Shown piece by piece: positions 1 through 10,000 of a stretch of 34,566 nt of DNA. The stretch covers positions 1-34,566 of the forward strand of contig JALJEE010001729.1 of the NCBI GenBank assembly GCA_023231475.1, given 5' to 3'. Origin of the DNA: Seison nebaliae. Its lineage: Eukaryota. The translations under genes were made by a program, and so were the position numbers. Below the pieces are notes generated by a model, which saw nothing but the letters and a program-made list of their open reading frames with translations, had not been told where the DNA came from and searched no databases. The number at the start of each line of letters is the position of its first letter. Position 1 is the stretch's first letter.

Positions 1-280
1 TCTTACTTTTAATTATATATATTTTAATATATTTAATTATATAAGAATTTAAATAATATAAGTTTAAATTTAAGAAGTACTTAGAATTTTAAAATATTCA
101 TTTTAAGAGAGATCATATTCGGAATTTTGGCTTAACGCTTATAATTTCATAATTAAATTGTGCACAAAATATGCACCGTATGGGCAAGTTATTCTATCTC
201 CAATGACCATAAATAATTTAGTTTATCTTAGCAAATTTTTAGATTAATCTGAGCCGGAACGTAAGTGTAGTTCCCTTGTT

Positions 281-325
281 AGACATTTTTACTTAAGCTT
301 AAGTGTCTTAGACATAAAAATGTCT
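281..325. repeat. Nested palindrome cluster
   Basis: AGACATTTTTA (281-291) and TAAAAATGTCT (315-325) form an inverted pair. They enclose the perfect 14-bp palindrome ACTTAAGCTTAAGT (291-304) and TGTCT-T-AGACA (304-314). Confidence 0.7.
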
Positions 326-432
326 TTTAACAAAGTATACTTCACATCCCTTTTATCATTTTATCGTTTATTCATAATAGAAATCATGAAGAAAATTTTT
401 ATTATCTTTAGAAAGTTTAAAAAATGTGAATT

Positions 433-1309
433 TCAATGAAAAATGCTATCCATGTTGAATAGATTGTACTCCAAATCCGACATATTGAAGTTTCTAACCG
501 CGCTCAGTAATCTTTCATTTTTTTCTTTTTCAGTTTTCTTTTCCCTTTCAGAAATAGTTCATATTACAGTTCTTCGTATTCGACGATTTTGATTAATTGA
601 TTCTCATAGGTTGGAACGGACGGCTTATCAAATTTGATTCAATTATATTATTCATTATCAAATGCCGTAAACGGTTATTTTTACCTTCTATGAGGTTATT
701 TGTTCTTGGAAGATGTTCAATTACTCTTTCATAATTGCTCCATAGCCTCGGACAGAAAAAAGATTGTCCATTCGATGTACGTATTTAAAAAATAATCATA
801 CACCGATTGCACATCCGTGGAACAACTTCGTCGGATAATTGTGTACGCTTCTTCCATTTGTGAAGATGGAAGAAACGACAAATATGATAACTTTCGTATT
901 TGAAAGGCGAAATCTTTGTTTTTCGAATATTTATTCTCCGACCTTTCTTACACTGATTGCGTAAGGTGGAAATAGCAACCGTGGAGTTTCGTATTTGGAA
1001 ATACGATTTGTGCAGCACTGATCGAAGCACTCTCAAAATCAGTTGATTTTGAAAAAAAAATTATTATTGAAAAACCAGGACATATATGCCCTTCGTGGTT
1101 TTTAGGAACTGTGGAGCGGAATATCCGGAGGACGCAGTTGGCAAATTGTCAATATTGGAAGGTGAGATATTGATAGGAGAAATGTTCTCCCGTTCGTTTT
1201 CCGTTGACGCTGTTGGTTGACGAATTGATGGCAAGACGATTGGCGGTAAAAATATCGGATTAATATTTGATTGTAGCTCGAACGGAACTGCATCACTAAT
1301 TTTGTCCAT
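433..1309 (-). mobile_element. Decayed MULE/Mutator-family DDE transposase (pseudogene, internally deleted)
   Basis: Manual minus-strand translation gives TDFESASISAAQIVFPNTKLHGCYFHLTQSV* (second Asp plus the CxxH signature, ~950-1045), then LSFLPSSQMEEAY...DYFLNTYI. After a frameshift near 775 it reads FCPRLWSNYERVIEHLPRTNNLIEG (RTNNxxE catalytic Glu motif) and ends NERLLSAVRNF...IFH* at 433. ORF 1064-1309 ends in PQFLKTTKGIYVLVF, which resembles a FLYWCH domain start. Confidence 0.88.
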
Positions 1310-1430
1310 TATTAACTCGGAATTATAAAATATCTTCTCTTAAAACCTAGCGTTTTTCTACTTGTTTCTGTTTCCTTGCATCTGAGTCTTTGTACTTCTG
1401 TCTATTTCCATCTAATTATCTCCCTCCCTA

Positions 1431-1652
1431 TTATTGGCGAAGCATATTGGCCAATTTTCGTTCTTTTCGGCCGCAGACCAGTCGTGGGCGGCCAGATCTG
1501 AAACCATCGCATTCATTGTTTTTATATTTCTTTATTGCTGTTTCGACAAAGCTTTTCGTCACTACCATTTCTTGTGCAATCTGTTTGATGGATTTACCTT
1601 GATCTCTTTTGGCTAAAACCTGCGCTCGTAGTTCCGCTTTTGTATAATTCAT
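1431..1652 (-). mobile_element. Tc1/mariner transposase N-terminal fragment (HTH + GRPR)
   Basis: LRAQVLAKRDQGKSIKQIAQEMVVTKSFVETAIKKY is an HTH, followed by RSGRPR, the GRPR AT-hook-like linker of Tc1/mariner transposases. No DDE domain follows. Confidence 0.7.
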
Positions 1653-2626
1653 TATGACTTTTATATCTTTCTGATTATGAAATATCGATCTTGCATGAAT
1701 TTTTAAAAATTGAATACTTAATTTACTGTCTGGATAATTTTAATATGTCCGATTATGTAATTTTTTTTGTGGTTTTGGCTCACAATTATTGTCAGTTAAA
1801 TTTCGTCATATTTATACATATTCATTTAGATTCATGGGGCAAAAATTCTTTGCAATCAACTAGACGATCTCGAAATTGGTCCAAATCTTGCAACAAATAC
1901 TCAATGATATCAATGGTAGTCACAACAGACTCGTTTTATCATTGAAATGGAAGAAGAATCTGCTTCAAAACTTTTCATTCTCCTATTTGTCATTCAATTT
2001 TTATTATTCTTCTCCTTTTCATGTTTCTTGTTGTTCTCATGTTCATCCATTCTTTCGTGATAGTTAATAATATTTTAATTAATTCCTCTCCCGATAATTT
2101 CTTCGCATTCTCTCAAAACTTTCTTATAATTATACTTTCCTTTTACAGTATTTATTTGGCAGCAATTTTTCCAACCAATTTTTTTTTTCATTCATTTTTT
2201 TTTAATAAAACACCTAATAATTCATTTCCATATTTTTCCTGAAATAAATTTTATTGCATATTCTTTTGTCTATTATTTATTAGATACTAATTTCATTCGT
2301 AGATAAAAATGATCGATATTAGAAATATATGTGATTGTTTAATTAATTATGTAGAAACTGAAAACGAATCTGATAAATTTACGAACATATTAAACAGACA
2401 AGATAGAAAACTTTATTCGAAGTTAAAATTTATAATCAATGATGAATTAGAAGGAAGGCGGCAATCAATGGATATGACGTTAGATTCCGAATGTTTTGAT
2501 TCAAAAGAATGTGACGATCTCGAACTTTAACCGTATTTTTAATGAGCATAATCCTTTTGAATGATCCAACATTTTGGAGCAATTTAAATGTGTAATAAGA
2601 AAATATCTACATGTATTTCCCATACG

Positions 2627-2759
2627 GAGTCTACCAAATGGTCGGTCTACCAAATCTCCGTCTACCAAATCTCCGTCTACCAAATCTCCGTCTACCAAAT
2701 GTCGGTCTACCAAATAGTCCCGTCTACCAAATGGTTCGTCTACCAAATCACCTAGACTC
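2627..2759. repeat. Tandem sub-repeat array (8x GTCTACCAAAT, 15-17 bp period), likely a solo MULE/foldback-type TIR
   Basis: The core occurs at 2629, 2645, 2660, 2675, 2690, 2705, 2722 and 2738 with 4-6 nt linkers. The array is bounded by GAGTCTA (2627-2633) and TAGACTC (2753-2759). The repeat is certain; the TIR interpretation is inference. Confidence 0.85.
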
Positions 2760-3244
2760 GATGTCGTTGGTCCATGATATTGTGTTCGTCGATCAACTTT
2801 TTATTCTCTTCTCTGGACAGATCGACTTCTTAATTATATTGATATAACGGTCTTCTGTCCATGGTTCTCAAATTTTCTTCGTAAACAGTTTCTTCTTTTA
2901 GTAAATCGGTCCTCTTTTCATCATACTCTTTTCTTCTTTCGCTTCCAATTAACTGTTCAAACTTAAGGTTTTCGTTTCTGATAATGATTTCTTAAGTTGG
3001 TTACTTAATTCTTCGATATAGCTATTCTCCTCCTGTACTTGTTCAAAAAGTACACATAGTTGTATGTAAAAAGTACTCTTTGATGATTCGTGTTTAATTC
3101 GGTTGAACTTTGATTCATTTGATTCAGCATTTTGTTGCAGTTCATCCTTCTCCTTACGTTAGTAGTTTCAAACAGATCAACTTGAGCTTGTTCTAATTTC
3201 ATTGTTTCTTTTTCCAATTCTTGTTTAAGAGCATTTGCGTGGTT

Positions 3245-3433
3245 ATCGGGTTTGAAAGCACCCATTTATATTTTATTCTCAAAATGGGAATATTCGTATT
3301 CGAAGGCACCGCTTTTTATACATACTTTTACTCGCCCACTCAATAGAATAAACGTACTTAAAAAATGGTGCCTTCGAATAAGAATTTTCTAAATTGAGCA
3401 GATAAAATAAAGATGTGCCTTTCATACCCAGAT
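3245..3433. repeat. Imperfect inverted repeat (~75-bp arms, ~40-bp spacer), MITE-like
   Basis: The perfect core TATTCGAAGGCACC (3297-3310) pairs with GGTGCCTTCGAATA (3367-3380). Complementarity extends with mismatches outwards to about 3245 and 3433. Confidence 0.75.
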
Positions 3434-3630
3434 TCCATCTGCATTTTTTGTTAACTCTTGAAATTTGAATCTCGATTGTCCAACAGCTGATTTTGAAAGT
3501 TCATATGATGAGGCTTAACAGTCTAGTAATAATTATAATACTCTTGTCATTGACCCGAAATTTGTTTATAATTTTCTTCCAAAACTTTCTTTTGTTCTTC
3601 TGTTTCTTTTAGCTGCGTTTTATGTTCTTC

Positions 3631-3793
3631 AATTTTTCTCTTTGTTTAAATCCTACCGATATTGATTGTTGGAATCGATCGTTTTCATAAGACGGGCGAT
3701 CTCCGTAACTTTCTCTTCTTTTTCAGAAGAAATTTCAACAATTCAAATTTCTTTCTCAACCAGCCCATTTCTCCATATTAAAATTGCTTGATC
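3631..3793 (+). repeat. Dispersed repeat copy 1 (partner at 32894-33056)
   Basis: Ungapped manual alignment of 3661-3793 with 32924-33056 gives 18 mismatches in 133 nt (~86% identity), same orientation. Confidence 0.9.
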
Positions 3794-5204
3794 CATCCTT
3801 TGCAATTGATGTATTATCGAATTCTTTCTCTAACTTTTCCTTTTCTTCTTCAATCGTTCTCAATTTTTCTCTTGTTGTTCGCAATTTATTTTCACTCGTT
3901 TCCAATTTCTGAAGACTTTGAGCATTCTCTTCTATTTGCAATTCTTCAGTTTCCTTCTCCTCCTTCTTAACCTATTCATCGAATGATTGAATACAATCAA
4001 CTTCATATATTCAAGCACCATATCTTGAAGAGCACCAATTGCAGCGAACATTTTTATCTATTTTTAATTCTTATAAAATTTGATTGTTTAATACAAAACA
4101 CATTTGGCTAGATCAGAATTCTTTAGCAATTCTTTTATAATAGTGAAAGAATCTTTTTCAATTCGTTTTTCGATGTGCATGATTTTTTTGGAGTCAAACG
4201 GGGGAAGTGAACGCGTGCCATACCCTTCTATGAAAGTATCAAGTATCATCTACGAAATAAACTATAATTGAACTTAATCCAAATCTAATATCTCAAATAT
4301 GCTCACAATAGAAAAGATGAATTTAAAATATATGATGAGATAAATATATTATCTTAATAATATCTAAAAATATTATACCTAATTGTTTTATTTGTCTTTA
4401 TCGCGCAAGAATTAAACGGTTTTTTCTTTTACGTATTTACTTTTTAATTGTGTCTTATAATTGGAACAAAAAACGATGGTATGTAATTTTACTGTGAATA
4501 AGTTTTTCCTCCATCCGCTTCTACGTGTACTCTCCTATGATCGACTTACACGTTAGTCCACACGTAACGTTTTTCAACAAATTACTCTTCTTACTGTGTA
4601 ACGGTTAGTATCTAGATTAGGTATTCATTATTTTTGCTCAATTAAACAAAATTTTTTTAAAAGGATGCGCCAGATATTTTAAGCATGCCTAAAATTTTTT
4701 TTAGTTTTTCAAAGTAGAAGCTGAACGAATAAGAGAATTATCATTAATGTTTTTTACAGAAAAATTTTAATTAATAACAAAATGTTTATTCAAAACAAAA
4801 CAATTGAATTATAGTCGAATGAATTGAAATAAATAAAAAGAATTAAAATTCGGGATAATATGACGGGATAAAATGTAAGGGAGAATAATATCGGGAACAC
4901 GGTTATCATTGTTCGTATGTAGAACAATTTTATGTTTTTGATGGGGACAATGAATATTGTGCTTAACAATACTGGCAGAGGAGGAAGTCCGGTGATCAAG
5001 AACATATAGGCTCGAGATGCTTCGCACTTTACCAAGCTATTAATTCTACACGCTTCTAAATGAGCGCATTTCATTAAGCTTAAATTACGTATATATCTCA
5101 ATTTATGTATACAAATTAATGAGACTCAAGAGTGTTTTAATAGACGATTGATGGTTAATTAAAATGTTGAGCTCTGTCTTAATCTGGAAAAGTTCAATGA
5201 CGAC

Positions 5205-6747
5205 ATGCCAAAGAAAAACCAACGTTTATATCATTGTAAAAGAGCGGTGCAAAGAGAATATGACAAGAATGGCATTGCTTATGAAGAAGATGAGTTGTGG
5301 GCTGAGGCGAAGAAACGTCATAAATCAATGACAGAAAATGAGGTGTCAGAGTTGAATTATCCAACGAATTTTGGATCTAAATGTCCGAAGAGATTAAACA
5401 ATTCCCAAAAGAAGAAGATGAACAACTTTGAATTTTTACAGAAAATACCTCAAGAGGATTTACTCAATTATCCTTTCATTTTCCTCTCCTTCAATTCATA
5501 TTGTTCTACAGTCAATCCAGAATCAGAAGTGGATGATTATTTTCCTGCCGAAATCTCCTGCGTCCAAATGACATTAAAAAATGGAATAGAAAGAGTGATG
5601 AATGTAATTTTTCCTTGTACTAAATTACCGATCGGATACGCGTCTGCACTTAAGAGAAGTTCGGAATATCATGGGATTAATGATGAGATTGACAAAAATT
5701 ATTATTCAGAAATTAACCCTCAAAAATTTTGGTATTTACTCAACGATTTCTTTCATTTGGAGAATGGACGGAAATTGGCTTCTATTCATCGATCGATGAG
5801 AAGTGAACTCGGTAATTTCACTGATAGTAATGACCCAAATTTCTACCAACCATTTGTTCTTGTACGGAATGAAGAAGTGGGAGTTGTAAGAAGTATGTTG
5901 AGTAAAATGTATTCCTCCATTCTAACCAAGAGAAAGACAGTGAAATATTTGAATGAGAATAAAGTGTGTTCATTGGAGAGTTTATTGAGCGAATTATACA
6001 AGAAGATCAGCAACGAAATGACAACTCCAATAGATGCAGAAACAATCCTGAACGATACTCGATATACATACAATGAAGGAATGCAATGTAAATTTCATTA
6101 TGATATCGACAATTTAAATTGTTCCCTAACGAAATGTCGTCGATATGTTTTTTCGATTTGCGAATTAATTTGTCCAAAAATTTCTGATATTAGAGTAACT
6201 GAAAATCATTCACCAGCATTTTTAATTTCTGACTCGAGTACGTCGAATGACAATGATAGTTGGTATAAAACTAATGGTTCATATGGATCGACTCAATCGT
6301 CTATTAATGAAATGTGGAATCGTTCCTATCCTGATAGATGTAATAGACAGAATGATTCTTCCAAAAATTCTTCAAATAAATGGGGCGATTGGTCAATGTC
6401 CGTGGGAAATAAAGGTAAGAATCAATTGACCGATTTGTCGGAACAGAGATCGAAACATGCCATTAATCATGATGAAGATTCAGAAGGTTTCTCTTCTTTT
6501 TTCTGTCTTAAAACTTCACCAAATATTTTCAGTGTATCAAATTCTTTCTGAATTACACGAATCTGAAGGAGTGAAAGAACAAACGCGGCAGAGAGATACG
6601 GAAATGTGGAAAGATGGTGCCGATGATTCGATGAATGATTTCGCTTATTTGTTCTTCGAAGATGGAACTGTCTCTCATCCGTTTGATATAGTGTTCCAAA
6701 AGCAGAGTGCCCGATTGATTCGCAATAAAAGATATCAAAAAAACTAA
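5205..6747 (+). CDS. mael: Maelstrom (piRNA pathway; degenerate HMG box + MAEL domain), ~498 aa; exons 5205-6486, 6533-6747
   Basis: MAEL motifs FLSFNSYC...YFPAEISCVQMTLKNGI...KLPIGYA...SEYHGI and CKFHx7CSL..RRYVFSIC (ECHC-type Zn ligands) are present. The N-terminal ~50 aa resemble an HMG box. A 46-nt GT..AG intron (6487-6532) joins in frame to the 6457-6747 ORF. Confidence 0.9.
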
Positions 6748-7061
6748 TAATAATAAAATTTTTCTTCAGAATTATTTTACCATATATGGAAATAATTTAT
6801 GATAAATTACTCAATTTATTTTTTTTCTTGACTAATATTTCAATTTTTCTTTCACAGATAAACAACAGTAACAGAAAATTAATTATTTTTCTTTTATATC
6901 TCTCACTTTTCATATTCGATGTTTTTTCTAAAAATATTATAAAATTATTTTCTTCCATTTATTCCAATAGAACATATTCTATTTTAGCTAGTTAGCTTAG
7001 TTGCTCTATAAGAAATTGACCATTCTATCTAATGAAAATTGCTGTTACAAATTGAAAAGAA

Positions 7062-10000
7062 ATGGGAAAGAATATAATAATTTTGGGTGATGACGGTAAA
7101 TATGAGGATGGTGCCCTACCGGATTCATTGGATTTTGAAGGAATTAAATTGTTCAATGTCCAACAAGATTCCATTCTTCGATTGGAATTACATCCTGTAT
7201 TAAAATATTTAAATAATCATCCATTCGTTCGTCTCCATTTTTTAACGACATATCCATCAGGAGATTCAGTCAAACCATATTCCATATCGGAAAAGAAAGA
7301 GATAATAAATAATGAAGAAAAAAGAAATGATTTGATTGGAAATATTCTTGATGAATATTTGAATGATAATCATTTCATTTATGATTATCATCAGATCGAT
7401 TTCGAATCATCAATAGAAAATATGAATACGAATTCGTCAAGTTCATTATGTGAAAAATGGATAGAAATGAAATTGAACAAATCTGGTCCATTCTCATTTG
7501 TTCTTCTATTAGAAATCACACCAAATTTTCCGAAATCTTATATTCCTTCTAATTCATTAAAATTAGAAAAAATGACAAATAAAGAATCATTATCTGGAAT
7601 TCTTCGATGTCTGACAATGAATAAGACGATCAATTCTAAAGATTACATAATTTTATCTTATTCTCATATTTTAGTTCAACCAAAATTGAAGGTGGGTAAA
7701 AAGAATGTACCGATAGAGTCATTATCAGCTATTACTGTAATACCGAAATTATTAAATAAAAATATCGATAAATGGGAAGATCAACTTTCAGTTGTATCTC
7801 CAATCGATAGACATTCATCATCTTCCAATTTCAATACAATTCATTTCACACCAATTCAACCATTGTCACCATCATCCCATTCTGCATATTCACTTACAGA
7901 TTTACTTTCCGTTAATAATCAATTTCGAACAAAAGATGATGAGTCAGTTGATTATGAATCGATGGCAAATTATTTAAAAAAATGGAGGAAGAAATGTGGA
8001 ACTAGAAAATTGTTTTATATGTCCGACATCGTATTGAATCATCTTGCCAATGAGAGTGAATATTTAAAGAATAATCCAAATTTTGGATATAATTTGGAGA
8101 ATTCATTTCATTTGATACCAGCCTTCTTATTAGATCGATTATTATTCTATGGAAATTTTTATCTAAAAAAAGTTTCAGAAAAACAATCGAATTTTGCCGA
8201 GATAAAATTTGATCGTCTTTCAGAAATTTCACCGATTATTCAATTGATCTCGAACATTATTCATTCTTTTCAATTTCATCAATTCTTTCAAATTGATAAA
8301 AATGAAATGAAAGAGAATATCGGAAGTCGACAAGTGAAGAAAATGGATCTTCATCAATTATGGAGAGAATTAAAAATGAAGAATGAAAAGAATTTTGATC
8401 GATACAATTTGAAATTTTCTGAAGAAACAATGGAAGAATTATTTTCGTCGATCAATTTCCACGAAATGTTATCAATTGAAGAATTCGTCGATCGAGTGAA
8501 CGATCAAATTAGATCTTATATTGAACATGATATTATTAACAGGAAAATTATTCATTCATTGAATCGATCTCTTGCGTACGAAACGACAAAATCAGAAAAT
8601 CGATTGACTAAATTATCGATTAATCATCCTCTATTTCCATCATATTTTCATGTAGTCGATCAACATTTGATAATGAAAGAGAATGAGAAGGATGATGAAA
8701 AAATTGATTTTGAATCGATATCCGCAAAAGAATTGGTTGAGCTGATTAAGAAACGTGTAAAATCAGAAGAGAAAATGTTGAAAGATGATGAGAAATTTCC
8801 TCTACGTTGTATGGCACATAATGGATGGGTGATGTCAGCGGATAATAAAAATTTTGCGTTACCATCAAAAAATATTTTGGATTTGAATGTTTATTTCCGT
8901 CGAGAATTGATCTCATGGACTGATTCGGTTAAATTGAATTTTGGAATGGAAAACGACCAGCCATTGAAAGAAGCGAATGTTTCATTATTGAGATATGCTA
9001 TTAATTATGTTTTGATTACTAGTGCGATGTTTGATGTGATTCGATTAGATAATTGTCATTCCACACCAATTCGACTAGCGAGACTTCTCATGAAAGCTGC
9101 GAGATTGGCCAATCCCAATTTAGTTGTAGTTGCCGAATTGTTCACATCTGATGGTCGAATTGATCGGAAATATTCAAATTTAATTGGAATTAATTGTTTG
9201 ATTCGTGAGAATATGCAATGTCACACATTGAATGATTTACAAGATTCCACATATGTTTATTCTACTTCAGCCAAATCGATCGATAATAATTCTTATGTTG
9301 GTAGTGGTAGTGGAGTACCAATGGGAACATTATTACCAATTTCTGATGTATTCAATTATAAAGATGAATCGGCATTCAACTTCCTCTTACCAACTAATCC
9401 TGTTGCCATGTTTATGGATCAGACACATGATAATAAATCATTATGGAAACAACGATCACTTAAAGACACTTTATCAACTGCTGCAATTATATCATTCAAC
9501 AATTGTTCTATTGGATCGACGTTCGGTGTAGATCTTTTCTTGAAAAATATTTCTGTCGTTTTCGAAAAAAATCCATATCCTACTGCCGATGAAATATCGA
9601 TTGATAGAATGACGATGAATGAGTATCGTGGGAGATTAAATGATTTACATTCTCATTTTGCAACGAACGGATTCTCTCAAATGTTTGTCGATAAACAATA
9701 TAGTTGGTATGATGTGACTGTCATAACTCGTTGTCGTCAAACTACACATTCTTTAGAGAAATTTATTTTGTTCGTTCGATCTGCTTTCCATTCCTCCGAC
9801 GATTTTAATGATGAAATTAATGTGAATGGAAAAATTGATTGTGTCATCGAAGGAAAATTAGAATCGTTCGAACATGTTCAAATGGTTCTCGAAGACAATT
9901 ATGAACTGAGAAATGTTGATGGTAAATTATCAGGATATGATGGAATCCATATAAAGAAAACGAAGAAATTGGAGAATTTTTGTGAGAAAAGTGAAAATAA

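Larger units (their letters stand above)
2850..4051 (-). pseudogene. Decayed E/K-rich coiled-coil coding relic
   Basis: Broken minus-strand frames include VKKEEKETEELQIEENAQSLQKLETSENKLRTTREKLRTIEEEKEKLEKE and ALKQELEKETMKLEQAQ, with stops and frameshifts. Part of it recurs at 32.9 kb. Boundaries are approximate. Confidence 0.4.

Noticed and set aside
785..1036. 83-aa ORF in the ORF track
   Set aside because: It is the wrong frame of the MULE relic. The transposase motifs are in a different, stop-interrupted frame.
1826..2530. Decayed minus-strand frames and the 73-aa plus ORF 2309-2530
   Set aside because: They look coding-like but no family could be assigned. They are probably TE debris and cannot be supported as features.
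2629..2748. CRISPR-like appearance of regularly spaced GTCTACCAAAT repeats
   Set aside because: The repeats are 11 bp with 4-6 nt, partly identical linkers. There are no cas genes and the context is eukaryotic.
2501..2847. ORFs 2501-2746 (-) and 2611-2847 (+) with LVDGD / LPNLR repeats
   Set aside because: They are translations of the tandem array, not credible proteins.
4790..5101. 103-aa hydrophobic minus-strand ORF upstream of mael
   Set aside because: It has a non-ATG start, AT-driven hydrophobicity and no recognisable homology.
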